A stretch of DNA of 64,000 nucleotides from Botryllus schlosseri (GCA_051294905.1 CM119371.1:808001-872000), one strand, 5' to 3'. Shown: positions 13,827-26,433, numbered from the stretch's first letter. The notes: generated by a model from the sequence alone, not told the origin. Translations and numbers: made by a program.

Positions 13827-14371
13827 TCCTAGAGGCCTCATATTGGTTTGTACGAAAAGGTAGCAATCTTCTGCTTTATATTATCCTTAATTCGACGGTA
13901 TAAGGCATGTCAATTTCCGCAGCTAACTCGAAAAAGTCCACCTCGTCGTCATAAGTGCTTCTAAAAGCGCTGGTGAAGAAATTGTGACTTTTGCTTTGCA
14001 GCAGCGCGTGGGAATTCAAAAATCCAAATATATCGTTTAAGTGGTGCATGCCGGTTAACCTACTTTCAGCTTCAAGTTTAAATCTGTCCTAAGCTTGAAA
14101 CATGCATCGTCTAAATTCTTCAACAACACTGAGGCCTGCCCCTGCATCTTCTGTTTGTTCGCCAGGCATTCTCCTTTTTGTGCGAACTCTCCGAACAAGC
14201 GGCCGTGACGGCTATTTCGGAGTGGTTCCAGCGCCATGTTAACATATTAATTCGTGTTTTCGGAATCAGCGCGACACTAGCTTTAGATTGAGACCTGTTT
14301 GATTAAATTTTAGCTCACGGGACGTAAGCTATAGGACTACCAAGCACTCTTATTTTAGCAGGCTCTCTACA

Positions 14372-14510
14372 CGCCGAGCGAAATAGTGTAATGGTGATGC
14401 GTCCGGCTTCTTGATCGTGGGTTCGATCCCCGGCCGGGTCAGAACAAAGACTCGAAAACTGGTATCCGCGGTTATCCCGCGCTCAGCAATCAGGGAGTAT
14501 AAAAAACGGG
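14372..14510 (+). mobile_element. tRNA-derived SINE (head and core)
   Basis: A box TAGTGTAATGG and B box GGTTCGATCCC followed by a non-tRNA body. The anticodon arm is missing or short, so this is not an intact tRNA. Confidence 0.6.
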
Positions 14511-14751
14511 GTGCAGACTAGATTACCTTACTATGAAGTACATATCGCATCTCCGTCGTCAAGGCATCTCGATGATGCAGGCGAAAAAGAATACCATATC
14601 TCTCTCACTATGCAGCCTCATTTTGCCGCCCCCTTGGAGCCTTCCGCCCCTGGCGCAGAGCCAGAACCGCCAAGTGGCTGCTACGCCACTGTTCAGCAGA
14701 CCATTCTCCCAAATTTACAAACCGTATTGAATGAAAGAACATTATACTCAC

Positions 14752-14911
14752 TTTTAATCCCAGGAGGTGATTCTCCTTCAGCGCCGGTGCTGTTGTAGAC
14801 GAGCTTGTTTACATTGATTTGATCTCCGGTCACGACGTTAACGGAGCTTTCCCTGAACTTCAGATTGACATTTTCTCCTTCGGCCAAAGTTGCGGATCCT
14901 AAGAAAGACAT
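14752..14911 (-). CDS. Probable N-terminal coding exon of the NLR gene (MSFLGSATLAEGENVNLKFRESSVNVVTGDQINVNKLVYNSTGAEGESPPGIK)
   Basis: Open frame ending AAA A|GTGAGT (phase 1), which joins |GC GTT AAT AAC AAG AAA TTG ATA GAG at 7506 in the NACHT frame. Upstream acceptor TATTATTTTGTTATAAG| gives an exon start at 14943. A possible 5' exon ends in GTAAGT near 15085. Confidence 0.62.
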
Positions 14912-15943
14912 TATTATTGTACTGCCTGCCAGGTTTCCATAGCCTTATAACAAAATAATATGGATTCTATTATTTTCTTTGATGTCCTTCGGATTATTAT
15001 TTGCGCAACATGCAAAATGTACGATATTTAAATAACTTCACAACTGTATTATAAGAAGTCTGATCTCAAATACTAGGCTACTTACCGCATATTTCGGGGG
15101 CCAATTATATAGGCTTGACATAAGCGACATCAGATTGGATCAGAATCGCTATCTTTACCCCTTTTTCCATAATTGCTTACTAATTAGCTAGCGTATAGGC
15201 CTGAAATTACCAAAAATATATAGTAGCATTCTATGTTTAATCTTTCGAATTTCATATTTGAGAACTGTCTCTTCAACATTCATAACCTCCCATGCCATCA
15301 AACTGTCCGTTGGGATAGCCAGCATTCTTGTTGCCTTTTGTTGTGATATGGCTGTAAGGGGGCACGATCTTTTTCGCAGTCATAAAGGAGGGCGTATCTA
15401 TTAAAAACCTCTGCTTCACGGCATTCTCTTTCAACGATTGTAGATAGCAGCCAAAGTATTGACAGGCCTAACACGCGATTATTCAGGTCAGCGATGATAT
15501 TTTGCGTACATGGCCTGTCTTAGATAGGATTGCTCAGACCGGTTGTTGACGCAAACAATTAGTGAGTATTGCGAGCGGGTCAGCAATCAACGACCTAATT
15601 ATGCTCGTGTAGCGTACAAATGACAAACCAATTCAGCAGGAGATCGCATGCTTTGTGCAGGGCAGGCGAATCTTGCTAATTGGCAACACGCTTGTTACCA
15701 ATTGGCGGTGCGTTACACTGATAATACGTATTAATGGGCAGGATTGTCGAATGCGGATCGCGATTGACAACAAACACGAAGAAGGGTGTGATTTGAAGAT
15801 TTTTGTCCAGAATTGTTGTACTCATGCATGTGCACCACTTACAATTATGGTAATTCAGTAAACATGGATTGGCTACTCGTGAGCCACTTCAATTTTACGG
15901 TTACGGTACTTAGATTCTAAAGCATAATATATATGCCATATGA

Positions 15944-16301
15944 CAGGCTTACCATATTTTGGAAATCAAAAAAGAGGACACTTTGCGACTTGCAAAACCG
16001 GAGTAAAATTCTGAAAAACCGGTTAATTTTTCCCACTTTGTGATCGGTTGACTAAAAAAAAAGGTCATCTTTTCGCTCAGAGCTAAAATCACCGTTTTTC
16101 ACTCCGAAATACCCGCCGGAGCTTCACTTCTGTGCTAATATGCGACATATCACTCGCAATTTGCTCTAAATCTGCCTAAATTTTCAAAAAAGAGGACAAA
16201 ATCTCAAAAAAAGAGGACAAAAGGGCGTCCTCCGAGGACACTTTCAAAAAAGTCAAAAAAAGAGGACAAATCCTCTTAAAAGAGGACGTATGGTAAGCCT
16301 A
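15944..16301. mobile_element. MITE, same family as 10073-10422
   Basis: CAGGCTTACCATA...TATGGTAAGCCTA; TSD CCATATGA/GCATATGA; shared AAGAGGAC repeats. Confidence 0.82.
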
Positions 16302-17635
16302 GCATATGAGGTGAACTTATAAGGAAATATATTTCTTCTTCCTAATTTTGTACCTTTTTATGCACTCAGAACATATGTTTGACAGACCGACCTTAAATAA
16401 AAGCATCAGCTACGTATTCAACTAACAGCTATACGCATTCACCAATTACTCTTATCAGAGGCATCTCCGGATCGGTACGATCTGCATCATTCAAAATATA
16501 GTCTTAGTGTATGGGTGGTTCGATCATCGAAATGATGACAATTAAAATCGTAATGTTGACGTTATTGAAACACTTTTCCGCACAAATTAAACTTGTTTCG
16601 AATGCAAGAGACGAATTTTTTCAGACGGCTTCGTGCCCCCCTAATATGCTTCAACGCCCTCTAATGGAGGTGCGCCCCCAGTTTGAGAAACACTGTTTTA
16701 GAACTTAAAATACATATTTACCGGGACCTTTGATTTTATTTTATTATGCCTACAACAAAATAGGGGGTATGTTATATCTGTGAGGATCATGAGTACTTTG
16801 CAATGTCTTAATTAGCAGAATAAGGTTAGCCTATGCAACTAGAAAAATATATTATAGATATACAGTGGTTCCCAAACTGTGTGTCGCCACAGGATCTCAG
16901 GTGTGGCGTAAGTCTCTCCGAGATTTTGAAGAAAAACACTGTATAATATTGAAGATTGGGCATGCAGACCAGCAGATGTGACTTGAAAGCGGTCAAACTT
17001 TTACAGCATACTGATAAATAAAGAACAGGCGACCAAGTGCATTCATTGTCCATGAAACCAATCCCGACATTGCCGATGAATAGGGTAATGTCTAAATCAG
17101 TGGTTCTTAACCTTTTTTCCTCCAGCGCCCCCTTTCAAATATTATCGTACTCCAGCTGATCCAGCGAAATTCACAGCTGTGATTGGCATTACGGGGAAAT
17201 TAATGGTATTGGATGTTGTCTTAGTGCTTTGCGTAACTATAAGAAAGTCAACTGATAATGCGATGCATATATCTGCTCACATTGAATTTAGTACTGTACG
17301 CACATATTAATTTTACCATGAATATATTCCAAACAAAGCAACTCATATTGTAGGCTATAACGTTCATGTGAGGCTGTGAACAATAGATAGTATGATCCTT
17401 TATGATACGATGAAGAAATAGTTTGACAATTTAATTTGTAGCTCTCAAATACAAGTATATTCCGTTATTCATTTAGTGCACAAAGCTTCAAAACTTATTT
17501 TATGTACGAGAGGTTCTCACTCTCAAACCGGATATACAGTGCCTTCTTCTTCGATTTTCACACGCTACGCGCTGTCGGATATAATACATAGTTCGAAACA
17601 TTTTGTTGAAAAAAACCTAGAAAGCGTGAGGGCAT

Positions 17636-17889
17636 TGTTATGTTCGTGTATTTACGTTGGTATCGTCTGACTCTATCTTGTATAGGACTAGTAATTAGCG
17701 CCAATCATTATTTCCTCGTGTGCCTTGCGTTGCATTTATACCCTGTGTTCTGTTGCCTCGTGGTCTTTCATTTAACTGCACTCTGGATCGTCTCGCCTGC
17801 CTAAAGTTATTCTGCTGTACAATATACTGATTTCTTATTGCAACCTCGTCGCATTGAGTTATTGTTCAAACAAGATCTAGAACATAACA
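17636..17889 (+). repeat. 5' LTR
   Basis: TGTTATGTTC...GAACATAACA terminal inverted repeat. Direct repeat of 31896-32142 plus 35094-35100, with about 7 mismatches by eye. Confidence 0.95.
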
Positions 17890-17891
17890 AT

Positions 17892-17909
17892 TGGTGTCAG
17901 AAGTCGGAT
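17892..17909 (+). promoter_or_regulatory. Primer-binding site (likely tRNA-Leu complementary)
   Basis: TGGTGTCAGAAGTCGGAT lies 2 nt after the 5' LTR. The tRNA-Leu assignment is from recollection of Mag-like PBS sequences. Confidence 0.8.
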
Positions 17910-17939
17910 TCATAGTTATTTCTGCGACGAGTATATATC

Positions 17940-18872
17940 ATGGAAGCAAGTATATTGAAGCTTCTCGAGAAGCAGCAGGAAATGATGGCGGAACAACGCG
18001 CACAGCATGGCGAAGCAATGGCGTAAGTGATGGCTGGGTTGGAACAGAAAAAACCAACACAAAGAAGAAATGGCACAGTTAACGCAGAGGTTGAGTCCCG
18101 GTGCGTCAACATCTGAAGCTACCGCTCCCAAGTTTGATTCATTTGTAAAATCAAAGGAGAAATGGGACCAGTATCTTCAACGATTCAACCATCACCTAGC
18201 AATTTACGGCATTTCCAATGTGGAGAAGAAAAGAGCGTGTCTACTCTCATGGGTCGGACCTGAAACCTACTCGCTTCTACGTAATTTGTTTGGTGCTGCA
18301 GATGTCAGTGCACAATCCTTCGACGCGTTGACTGAGAAGTTGTCCACACACTTCAAGGACTCAATTCATGTGCAAGCAGCCAGGTACGAATTTTACAATT
18401 GCAAAATGCAGCCGGGACAATCGTACGCCGTTTGGATCGCTACTCTACGCGGAATCTCCAAAGATTGCAACTTCATATGCTCAAGAGATGGCTGTGATCA
18501 GAGCTACGTTGATGAGCTAATGCGCGATCGCATCATTAAAGAAACGCCGCACGCGGATGTGAGACGGCATTGTCTAACACAAACCAATCCATCCCTCGAC
18601 GACGTTCTCAAAGTAGCCGCAACATACGTGAGAACGCTGGAAACTGATAGGGTTATTCAGGGCGAGAGTAACGCTAAATATACTTCCATCGTCAACAAAA
18701 TGACTGGAAGCTATCAGAAGGGGACAAAACCTTCAAATCCATCCAAGGCAACTTCCCGGAAAGACTGAAATCCTGCAGCCGCTGTTTCATCGATCACCAG
18801 AGAAAAGACTGTCAATATCGACATTCAGTATGTCAGAAATGTGGCCGTAAAGGTCATATCAAACCTGTCTGC
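17940..18872 (+). pseudogene. gag with two zinc knuckles (premature stop and frameshift)
   Basis: ATG at 17940 (MEASILKLLEKQQ...), TAA near 18024, then ORF 18070-18768 (WDQYLQRF, LLSWVG, MRDRII). In a shifted frame, CSRCFIDHQRKDC and CQKCGRKGHIKPVC (CX2CX3HX4C + CX2CX4HX4C). Confidence 0.9.
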
Positions 18873-19573
18873 ATGTCTACCAAACCTAGCATCACGCAAC
18901 AGGTCACATCCGTCAATTTCTGCTCAGTGCCGCTCCTCTCCTTCGACATCGATCAACTATATCGACGCGTGGGAAACCAGCTCTGGATCAACTCCAGCAT
19001 CAACGGCATTCCGTTGCCGAGACAGTGGGACACTGGTGCACCCTCCGCCATGGTGGGATTGACTGGGTACAAAACTTTGGGCTCGCCGAAACTCTCAGCA
19101 TACCATTGCTCTTTCGTAGCGTACGGCGACAAGCCACTGAAAGTGAAAGGTATTTGCACTGTAACCGTGCAGGTGGGTTCTGAAGTTCGAGTTGGCTTAA
19201 AATTGGTGGTTTTCGACGAACACCGTGGGCAAAACATGTTTGGTCTCGATTGGAGCGATGCTTTCTCCATGACCGCTAAGGGAACGTCTGCTTTGGATGT
19301 AATTTCCTCGCAGATGGTCAAATCGCAATCATGTAATACTATTGACATTTCTGATTCGAACGACAAATCGGTATCTTCTAAGTCCAAATTTCCCTCCGTT
19401 TCCTGCAATGTATTAGGACGATGCACCAAGACAAAGGTGACAATTCACTTGAAACCTAATGCCAAGCCCGTATTCAACAAGCCACGTCCTTTGCCTTTCG
19501 CAAGGCAAATCGCTGTTCAAACCGAATTGGATAGATTAGTCAATCAAGGTATCCTCGAACCAATCAATTACAG
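18873..19573 (+). pseudogene. pol: aspartic protease and RT N-terminus
   Basis: WDTGAPS protease motif, MFGLDW, KPVFNKPRPLPFA, ELDRLVNQGILEPINYS; cut at 19573 by an insertion. Confidence 0.92.
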
Positions 19574-20981
19574 CACTGAAAAAAATCTGGTAGATTTACT
19601 GGGAAATCTCTGTAAAGTTTGCAACGAATTACCAGTCGCAGCCAATAACTGTGTGTAGCTTGTAATTTTACATTTTGATATGTGATATTACCTTAATTTA
19701 GCTGTAAAGTCAAGTTACCAGAATTTCTTCGCAAAATTACTGGCAGTTACTCGTTCCTGCAGTTTATCCGGCTATTGGCAAAATTGATTAGCTTGAAAAT
19801 CGCTGCAGCCAATGTTATACGTGGAACTGAATGTTACTGGTATCATTTTTGGGGTGATTTGACCTGATTCAACAACGTTCGCGAGACTAGGGTCTATCAT
19901 ACGGAAATAGTTGGCCCTAGTACTAATTTAAGTAAAGTACATACTAGGCTAGGGTAAAAGAAACAACTGACAATAGTAGCTAATGTGGTACACCATAGCC
20001 ACTACATTATATTATAAGGCTATGGCTATACGTTGTTTACCACGGATAGGACTGATAAGTTAAAATATCCGTTTAGGATGTATAATATTGTTGGGGAAAC
20101 TAGAAATATCAGCACCGCATGCTCAGTTGTACATTTGTTAATGGCGGACATTGCGAATGGCGATCTGTCATAGGTTACAGTAGGTTAGGGTTACGCGTTA
20201 CTGCTTTTTCTGAGTTTCGTAGTAAACAACCAACGCACAACTGTGACATCACAAGCAGCGTCTGGTTAAGTAAGTACAGTAAGTAGTGAACATCACGTGG
20301 AATATATATCAATTTATACGAGATTAGATGGAAAAGAAAGGGACTATATGTAATGATAAATGTTTCTGTATGAAAAAATACGACCTAAATCAAACATTAT
20401 AACGTGGCCAGTAAATATTATTGGTGGCATGTCAGCGGATGAATACCACTCATTTTGAAATCGTTCGAGTGTCGTATCGTCGTCTGGCCATTATTGAGAT
20501 TTGAGCAAAGGGTGGAGCGCCAATATGGAATCTTTTAGTCTCGCTAAACGTACCGGGATTCCAACCCGGGTGGAGCGAAGATTGTTGTGCTTGAAGAAAG
20601 TGGATCGTTCAAGATCCTAGGAATGCTGAATGGGATACGCATCGTAAAAGGTACAGTACTGCCGGGGCCTACGATATTTCGTAGGCCCCGGTACTGCATA
20701 GTATTTGTTACCGTGAATATCTACGGCTGTGCACACCACCGGGATGACTTTGATTTCATTATTGAAATATTTCATTCGCCGCATTCTCTGTTCTGTTTTG
20801 GATATTAGTCGACTTACATCGTGACCTGTGACACCACATACTTCGCCACAGAAGAGTTGAAACTGTTGGCTTGTTCATGTAATTTTCGGGTCATAGCATA
20901 GAGAAGTTTCCATCCACTGCTGGATTTGTTTGGCGCACATGCCACCTCAAATGAGGAATCTTTTGCTTCAATACATTAGAT

Positions 20982-23846
20982 CAGTGATTCTCAACATGCG
21001 GGGCGCGAGAAATTGACTAAGTCTGTCTGAATTCTGACTAAACATCTTTTTCACAACCATTTTCAGAAGACGATTGTTAAAAAAGAAACCTATTCAAGAA
21101 AGCTCGCCAAATTCAAACTCCAGCAGTCGCCCTCAACTTCATTTGAGCAAATTTCTGGTATTCTCTGAAGATTTAGATCAATTCCAACGTGTAAGTCATT
21201 CATTACTAGGGTGGAGTGAAAATGACTTTTTTTTGTCAAATCAAGAAAGGCCTTCCTCAATCCTGACAAATGACCTAAAACTTCAATTAAAAGTGACTTC
21301 AGGGTGTTGCCCCCATTTTCCAGCCGGCAACCCCCCAATTTCTGCGCGTGGGGGAATAAAATGGCCCATCTCGGCAAGCGCTGGTCGTAGAGTCATGATA
21401 TATAGCTCGAAATCTGCGGAAGCATCATGTTTCTATCTGTCTTCTGAAGAAAGTTTTCTCTATAGTGAACACAAAATGAGTTATAGCCAAAAAACTATAT
21501 ATACGCACATTTTTGTTGAAATTCAGCATTTATTTTGACGAATTGTGATCTGTCATTAGTTTTTTTTTTAAGTAAAGTAACACAGTGGCAATACCGAATA
21601 TTGGGCCCATATTACAAATATATTCACAACACAGTCCTTTTAAAATCGGTTTAAAACATCATAATGAAACACTCACATTCAACGACTTTTATTCAAAATG
21701 CATTCTTCTGTCAAGTTTTTTCATCAGTTTACGAGACTTAATTTTTCGGCGAATGAGGCCATCTCGTCTTTGAAATCCCGAAACCAGTGCTGATGCTTCT
21801 GTTACGAGCTTTACTTGTCGTTCCACTGTTTGATTGTGGCATGGATGAAACAAAATCAGAGGCTTCTCGCGGCATTCTTCTAACTCTGCATCAGTTAAGT
21901 GCTCAATCGTTGGAGGAAGTTGTTGATAAGGTTCAATATCAACCAATTCGTGGTATGCCTTGGCTTTGGGACACATAATAAACGAATAGGACCCCAGTTC
22001 AATTGGTTGGAACTGCTATGACTTTCAATGTCCACAAGTGAATTTTATTCAGCGGCATGTTTTCGAAACGCAAGCACCTTGGTCACACCCTTATTTCGTA
22101 TGTCTTCATTATTATCTACCAGCATTGCAATCATAATATTTTCGGGGTGTGCGGAATAACCGTTTCTTATCACCAAATTCGGAGCAATTTTTCAAACGTT
22201 TCGGTCAGAGAAATTCAAAACCTGTTTAATCAAGTTGAAGATGTTTCTGGGTCCATGTGTTATATGTTTGTTTCCCTTGATCTCAAACCAAGTTGGAAAA
22301 TATACTTCAAGGCAAACACGAACCAGAATCTCCAGGTTTAAAGGCGGTTCATTAACTGTTACATAATACCGTAAAACTCTGCACTGCATCCTAAAGTTAG
22401 CCATCTTGAATGCGCAACCGGTGGTCCAACCTCCAAGTAAGCCAGATCATCATCAGCATTTCCTTGAATAATTGCCCAGCACATTTATAAGCATATAACT
22501 GGTCCTTATTCAAGTCACTAACAATTTCCTATGGGAGCTTTGGAAAGGTTATAAGTGGTGGCGAGAGCTTTTTGAATTGAGTAACTGGCCAACAAGATAC
22601 ACTTCCACGTAGTTTTTTTCAATTGGGTGTGACCAAGGTGCTGGCGATTCGAAAACATGCCGCTGAATAAAATTCACTCCTGGACATTGAGAGTCATAGC
22701 GGTTCCAACCAATTGAACTGCGGTCCTGTTCGTTTATTCTGCGTCTCAAAGTTGAACTTGGAAGCAAAGGTATACCACGAGTTGGTTGATATTGAACCTT
22801 ATATCAACAACTTTCTCCGGCGATTGAGCACTTAACTGATGCAGAGTTGGAAGAATGCCGCGAGAAGCCTCTGATTTTGTTTCATCCATGCCGCAATCAA
22901 ACAGTGCATTGAACATCATGTAAAGCTCGTAACAGAAGCATCAGGGTACGTTTCGGGATTTCAAAGACGAGATGGCCGAAAAATTCATTCGCCGAAAAAT
23001 TAAGTCTCGTAAACTGATGAAAAAACTTGACAAAAGAATGCATTTTTATATAAGACGTTCAATGTGAATGTTTCATTATGATGTTTTCAACCGATTTTAA
23101 AAGGACTGTGTTGTGAATATATTTGTAATATGGGCCCAATATTCGGTATTGCCAGTGTGTTACATACTTTAAAAAAAAAACTAATGACAGATCACAATTC
23201 GTCAGAATAAATGCTGAATTTCCACAAAAATGTGCGTATATATAGTTTTTTGGCTATAACTCATTTTGTGTTCACAATAGAGAAAACTTTCTCCAGGAAA
23301 CAGATAAAAACATGATGCTTCCGCAGATTTTGAGCTATATATCATGACTCTACGACCAGCGGTTGCCGAGATGGACCATTTTACCCCCCCCCCCCCCCCA
23401 CGCGCAGAAATTGGGGGGTTGCCGGCTGGAAAATGGGGGCAACACCCTGAAGTCACTTTTAATTGAAGTTTTAGATCATTTGTCAGGATTGAGGAAGGCC
23501 TTTTTTGATTTGAAAAAAAAGTCATTTTCACTCCACCCTATTCATTACTTCATAGATTTGGCAGTAGCCTAAAGCTCAGTGCACTGGGTAGCTGTTGGTA
23601 ATAGCTGGTGAACTGCACTGCTTATGACAGACTTAGATGCAATATAGGTTGCTATGCGGCGGCTATGCCCAGGAATGCGGCCTTACGCTACCTAAGTAAT
23701 TGAAATGTGACCGTGATTAGCAAAAAGGTTGCCTATCTCTGTATTAGATGATGTGCTCATTTTGACGTGACGATAAGTGCAGGGGGGCGCAAACTTTTTG
23801 GCCATCGCCGAGGGTGGCGCATGTCCAAAAAGGTTGAGAATCGCTG
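20982..23846. mobile_element. hAT MITE nested in the CMC element
   Basis: CAGTGATTCTCAAC...GTTGAGAATCGCTG; TSD CATTAGAT/CATTGGAT. Confidence 0.8.
21207..23540. mobile_element. Fold-back hAT (hATm-like) element with ~0.9-kb inverted arms containing transposase 3' ends
   Basis: TAGGGTGGAGTG...CACTCCACCCTA; perfect TSD TTCATTAC; arms 21207-22090 and 22625-23540. Minus-strand motifs LEVGPPVAHSRWLT, YFPTWFEIK and PCHNQTVERQVKLVTEAS. Confidence 0.9.
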
Positions 23847-24373
23847 CATTGGATAAAGTAAGTCATGAATCTCTGCTATATCATGTAAAAGGCGGAGCCG
23901 TCATCACACAATGTACCAGTACCGGTACTTCCAAAATTGTTATATTTTTGTTAGCCCATTTGTCTTAGTAGTTATTGTAATGTCATGTCTAGGTTTGGAA
24001 CTTTGCTTAATATAGCGACTTACGCATGAGTACTTTTTAGTGGAACTGCAAGATACTAGTCACACAGAAGCAATGAAGACGAGAAAAAGAAACAATTGGA
24101 AGTTTATCCGGCGGTGGAAATAATTCACCTTTTTCTTGGGACCACTTGTGCTATATTTGCATTCCTCCTGAAGAAGAATTAGACCTCCAGCAGCAATACT
24201 TTTTCATCGTGAATCGAGAATGAATACACAGTTGTCCCTATGTCGTTTTTAGAGCGTTAAGAAACTTTTGCGGTATTTTGGCATCGCGTTGCTTTGGGAT
24301 AGGTATGGATGTACGTGAATTTAGAAGCTGGCATGTAATCTGATTTACAAAGGACAGCATGTAGGGTGTAGGT

Positions 24374-26194
24374 TAGGGTTATGACTAAAAAAAATTTTTT
24401 CGCCCTGGAGCAGGAATTGATGAACATTTTGGTATAAATTAATAAAATCATAATCATTTTGTTCAAATCGAAAAAAATGTCCCGCACAAACTAACATCAA
24501 ATTTTCGACACTGGTCCAAATATGGAAAAAAATTAAAATTCAAAGATATTCTTTGCTACAAATTTAATCTTCAAATATATGTCCTTTTCCACTTATTGTA
24601 AAGTCCATTCATCAATTTGACCTCCCTGTCTGTTATTATGTTAGTGCCAGGGACATCTACGACGGACATATCCGACTTCAAATGGAGTTTTGGGGCACTT
24701 TATCGCTGCAGGACATTCGACCGCATAGATAGCAGCAAATGATATTTGGTATATTCTAGAGCCCGACCGATATTGGATTTTTGGGTCGATACCGATAAAA
24801 CCAATATCTCACACCTTAGCCGATAACCCCAATACATTCAGCCGATATTCAAAAGAAGTTGGATGTATACATAAGCACATTTTCAAATCTTCAGAGGGCA
24901 TCTATTTGAACATCTTTATACAGCCATTGTTATACTTGAACATGAAATGAACTAGAAAGGCTGCATCTGGACACCTGTAAAGTGTAAGCTATATGAAATA
25001 TATCAATATTTTCAGTCTAGCGATCAAAGATTATAGTTTTCTGGCTTCCTTCCGCCATGTTGTGACGTCACACGCAAATTGCCGTTAATTTTTCAACTCC
25101 AATGGCCGATACCGATAATTCTTTCAAAGTGTGATATCGTCTCGATATTATCGACGAACCGATAACCGGTCGGGCTCTAGTATATTCCATCTTTAGACAT
25201 CTGGTTAGAATACCAGTCTTCCTGACACGCATTTGCGATAAATAAGTATCTCCGGAGTTATTCTCTATCTGCGGAAGTGGAAGAACGCAACGCAACCCTT
25301 GAGCACCCTCTCGCATTGCGTAGAGATGGAATTTTATGCCATTTGATCAGTAGTAATCTATACTATTTTCTTTGAAAGAACGGCATGTTCTGCACATGCC
25401 ATAGATAAACTTAAAATCATCCTTACATCCTTGGTTTTCTAATGTTTTCATCTGAAATTCGTGCTTGGTGGATTGCACCTAGTTTTCGTAGTGTTTTTTC
25501 ACATCATCTCCAAATTTGTAGCTGAGAGTTGGATTTCTTGAAGATGTTGGATCGTAGAACTCTAATATATGCTTTAAGAATCGATAATATGATGTTGGCA
25601 AGGGATATGAAAACCCATGCTCATCATTGCATTTCGCTGTTTCGAAACAACGCCATTCTGCCGTCCAGTATCAACAGATGCTACGGTGTCACATAGGATA
25701 TATGAGATTTTCAAATTTTCCTGTACATCATATTCTTCTAAGCTGTTTTCTAGACCGCTGAAAATACCTAGAGTTTTTCTACTTTCGCCTTTTCGAACAC
25801 CCAGTTTGATTTGTGCCAGACAAATTGAAATTATATGATATATACAATCTACATCTAAAATCGGAATTAATAATTATTTAATATTGACTGTAAGCGAGAA
25901 CACGATAGGAATAATTCAATCTGGGCGGTCAAAATGTACCAAAATACTATTTTAAATCTTCGCAATTGGAATTGGGTCAGTTAAATTCAAATCAGTCGAT
26001 AAATAAAGTATATAGTCTGTATCTACAAAAGAAAGCCTATCCTCCATACAGTCAAAACTGGAAAATTTTTGTGCGGGAGGTTTTTGTTCAAACAGTCTTA
26101 ACTTTTGTGAGTTTTGAAATCAGGACACAAAAGCTCATCATTTGTGACTACAGGACACACAAAATTTTGAATTTTTTTTCTAGTCATAACCCTA
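24374..26194. mobile_element. Non-autonomous hAT-type element (TAGGGTTATGACTA), copy 1
   Basis: TIR TAGGGTTATGACTA; perfect TSD GTGTAGGT. Contains MITE 24757-25179. Confidence 0.9.
24757..25179. mobile_element. MITE with CCGATA subterminal repeats (nested)
   Basis: TAGAGCCCGACCG...CGGTCGGGCTCTA; perfect TSD GTATATTC. Also present inside copy 2 (~29890-30305). Confidence 0.88.
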
Positions 26195-26433
26195 GTGTAG
26201 GTACTAGGTAGGCGGTAAAATTACAGTCTCGGTCGTAAATGTACAGGAGAGAGTGTAGATTGAATATATCAGAGGTGACTGTAACATTGCAGTCTGGCGT
26301 GTAAAGCTAGATTACCGGACGGGTGTAAGTTGGATTAACATTGAGTGACGATAATGCTACATTACTGCCAAGTGGCTGGCCACCCTGCTTCCAGACATTT
26401 CGCGGTAAATCGAGGTAAATGTTTTTTTGTGTG

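Larger units (their letters stand above)
19574..26433. mobile_element. CMC (EnSpm/Mirage-like) DNA element inserted into RT
   Basis: Termini CACTGAAAAAAA...TTTTTTTGTGTG with 2-bp TSD AG. Removing it restores GILEPINYS-DWAAPIVAV. Confidence 0.8.

Noticed and set aside
14372..14440. Possible tRNA gene
   Set aside because: A and B boxes are present but there is no complete cloverleaf, and the sequence continues into a SINE-like body.
21074..21538. 154-aa ORF and its mirror at 23202-23531 as a duplicated gene
   Set aside because: Both lie in the non-coding part of the fold-back arms; the similarity comes from the inverted repeat.
25617..25838. Repeated small ORF MLIIAFR... (also 29188-29451)
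   Set aside because: It lies inside two copies of the same non-autonomous element and has no recognisable domain.
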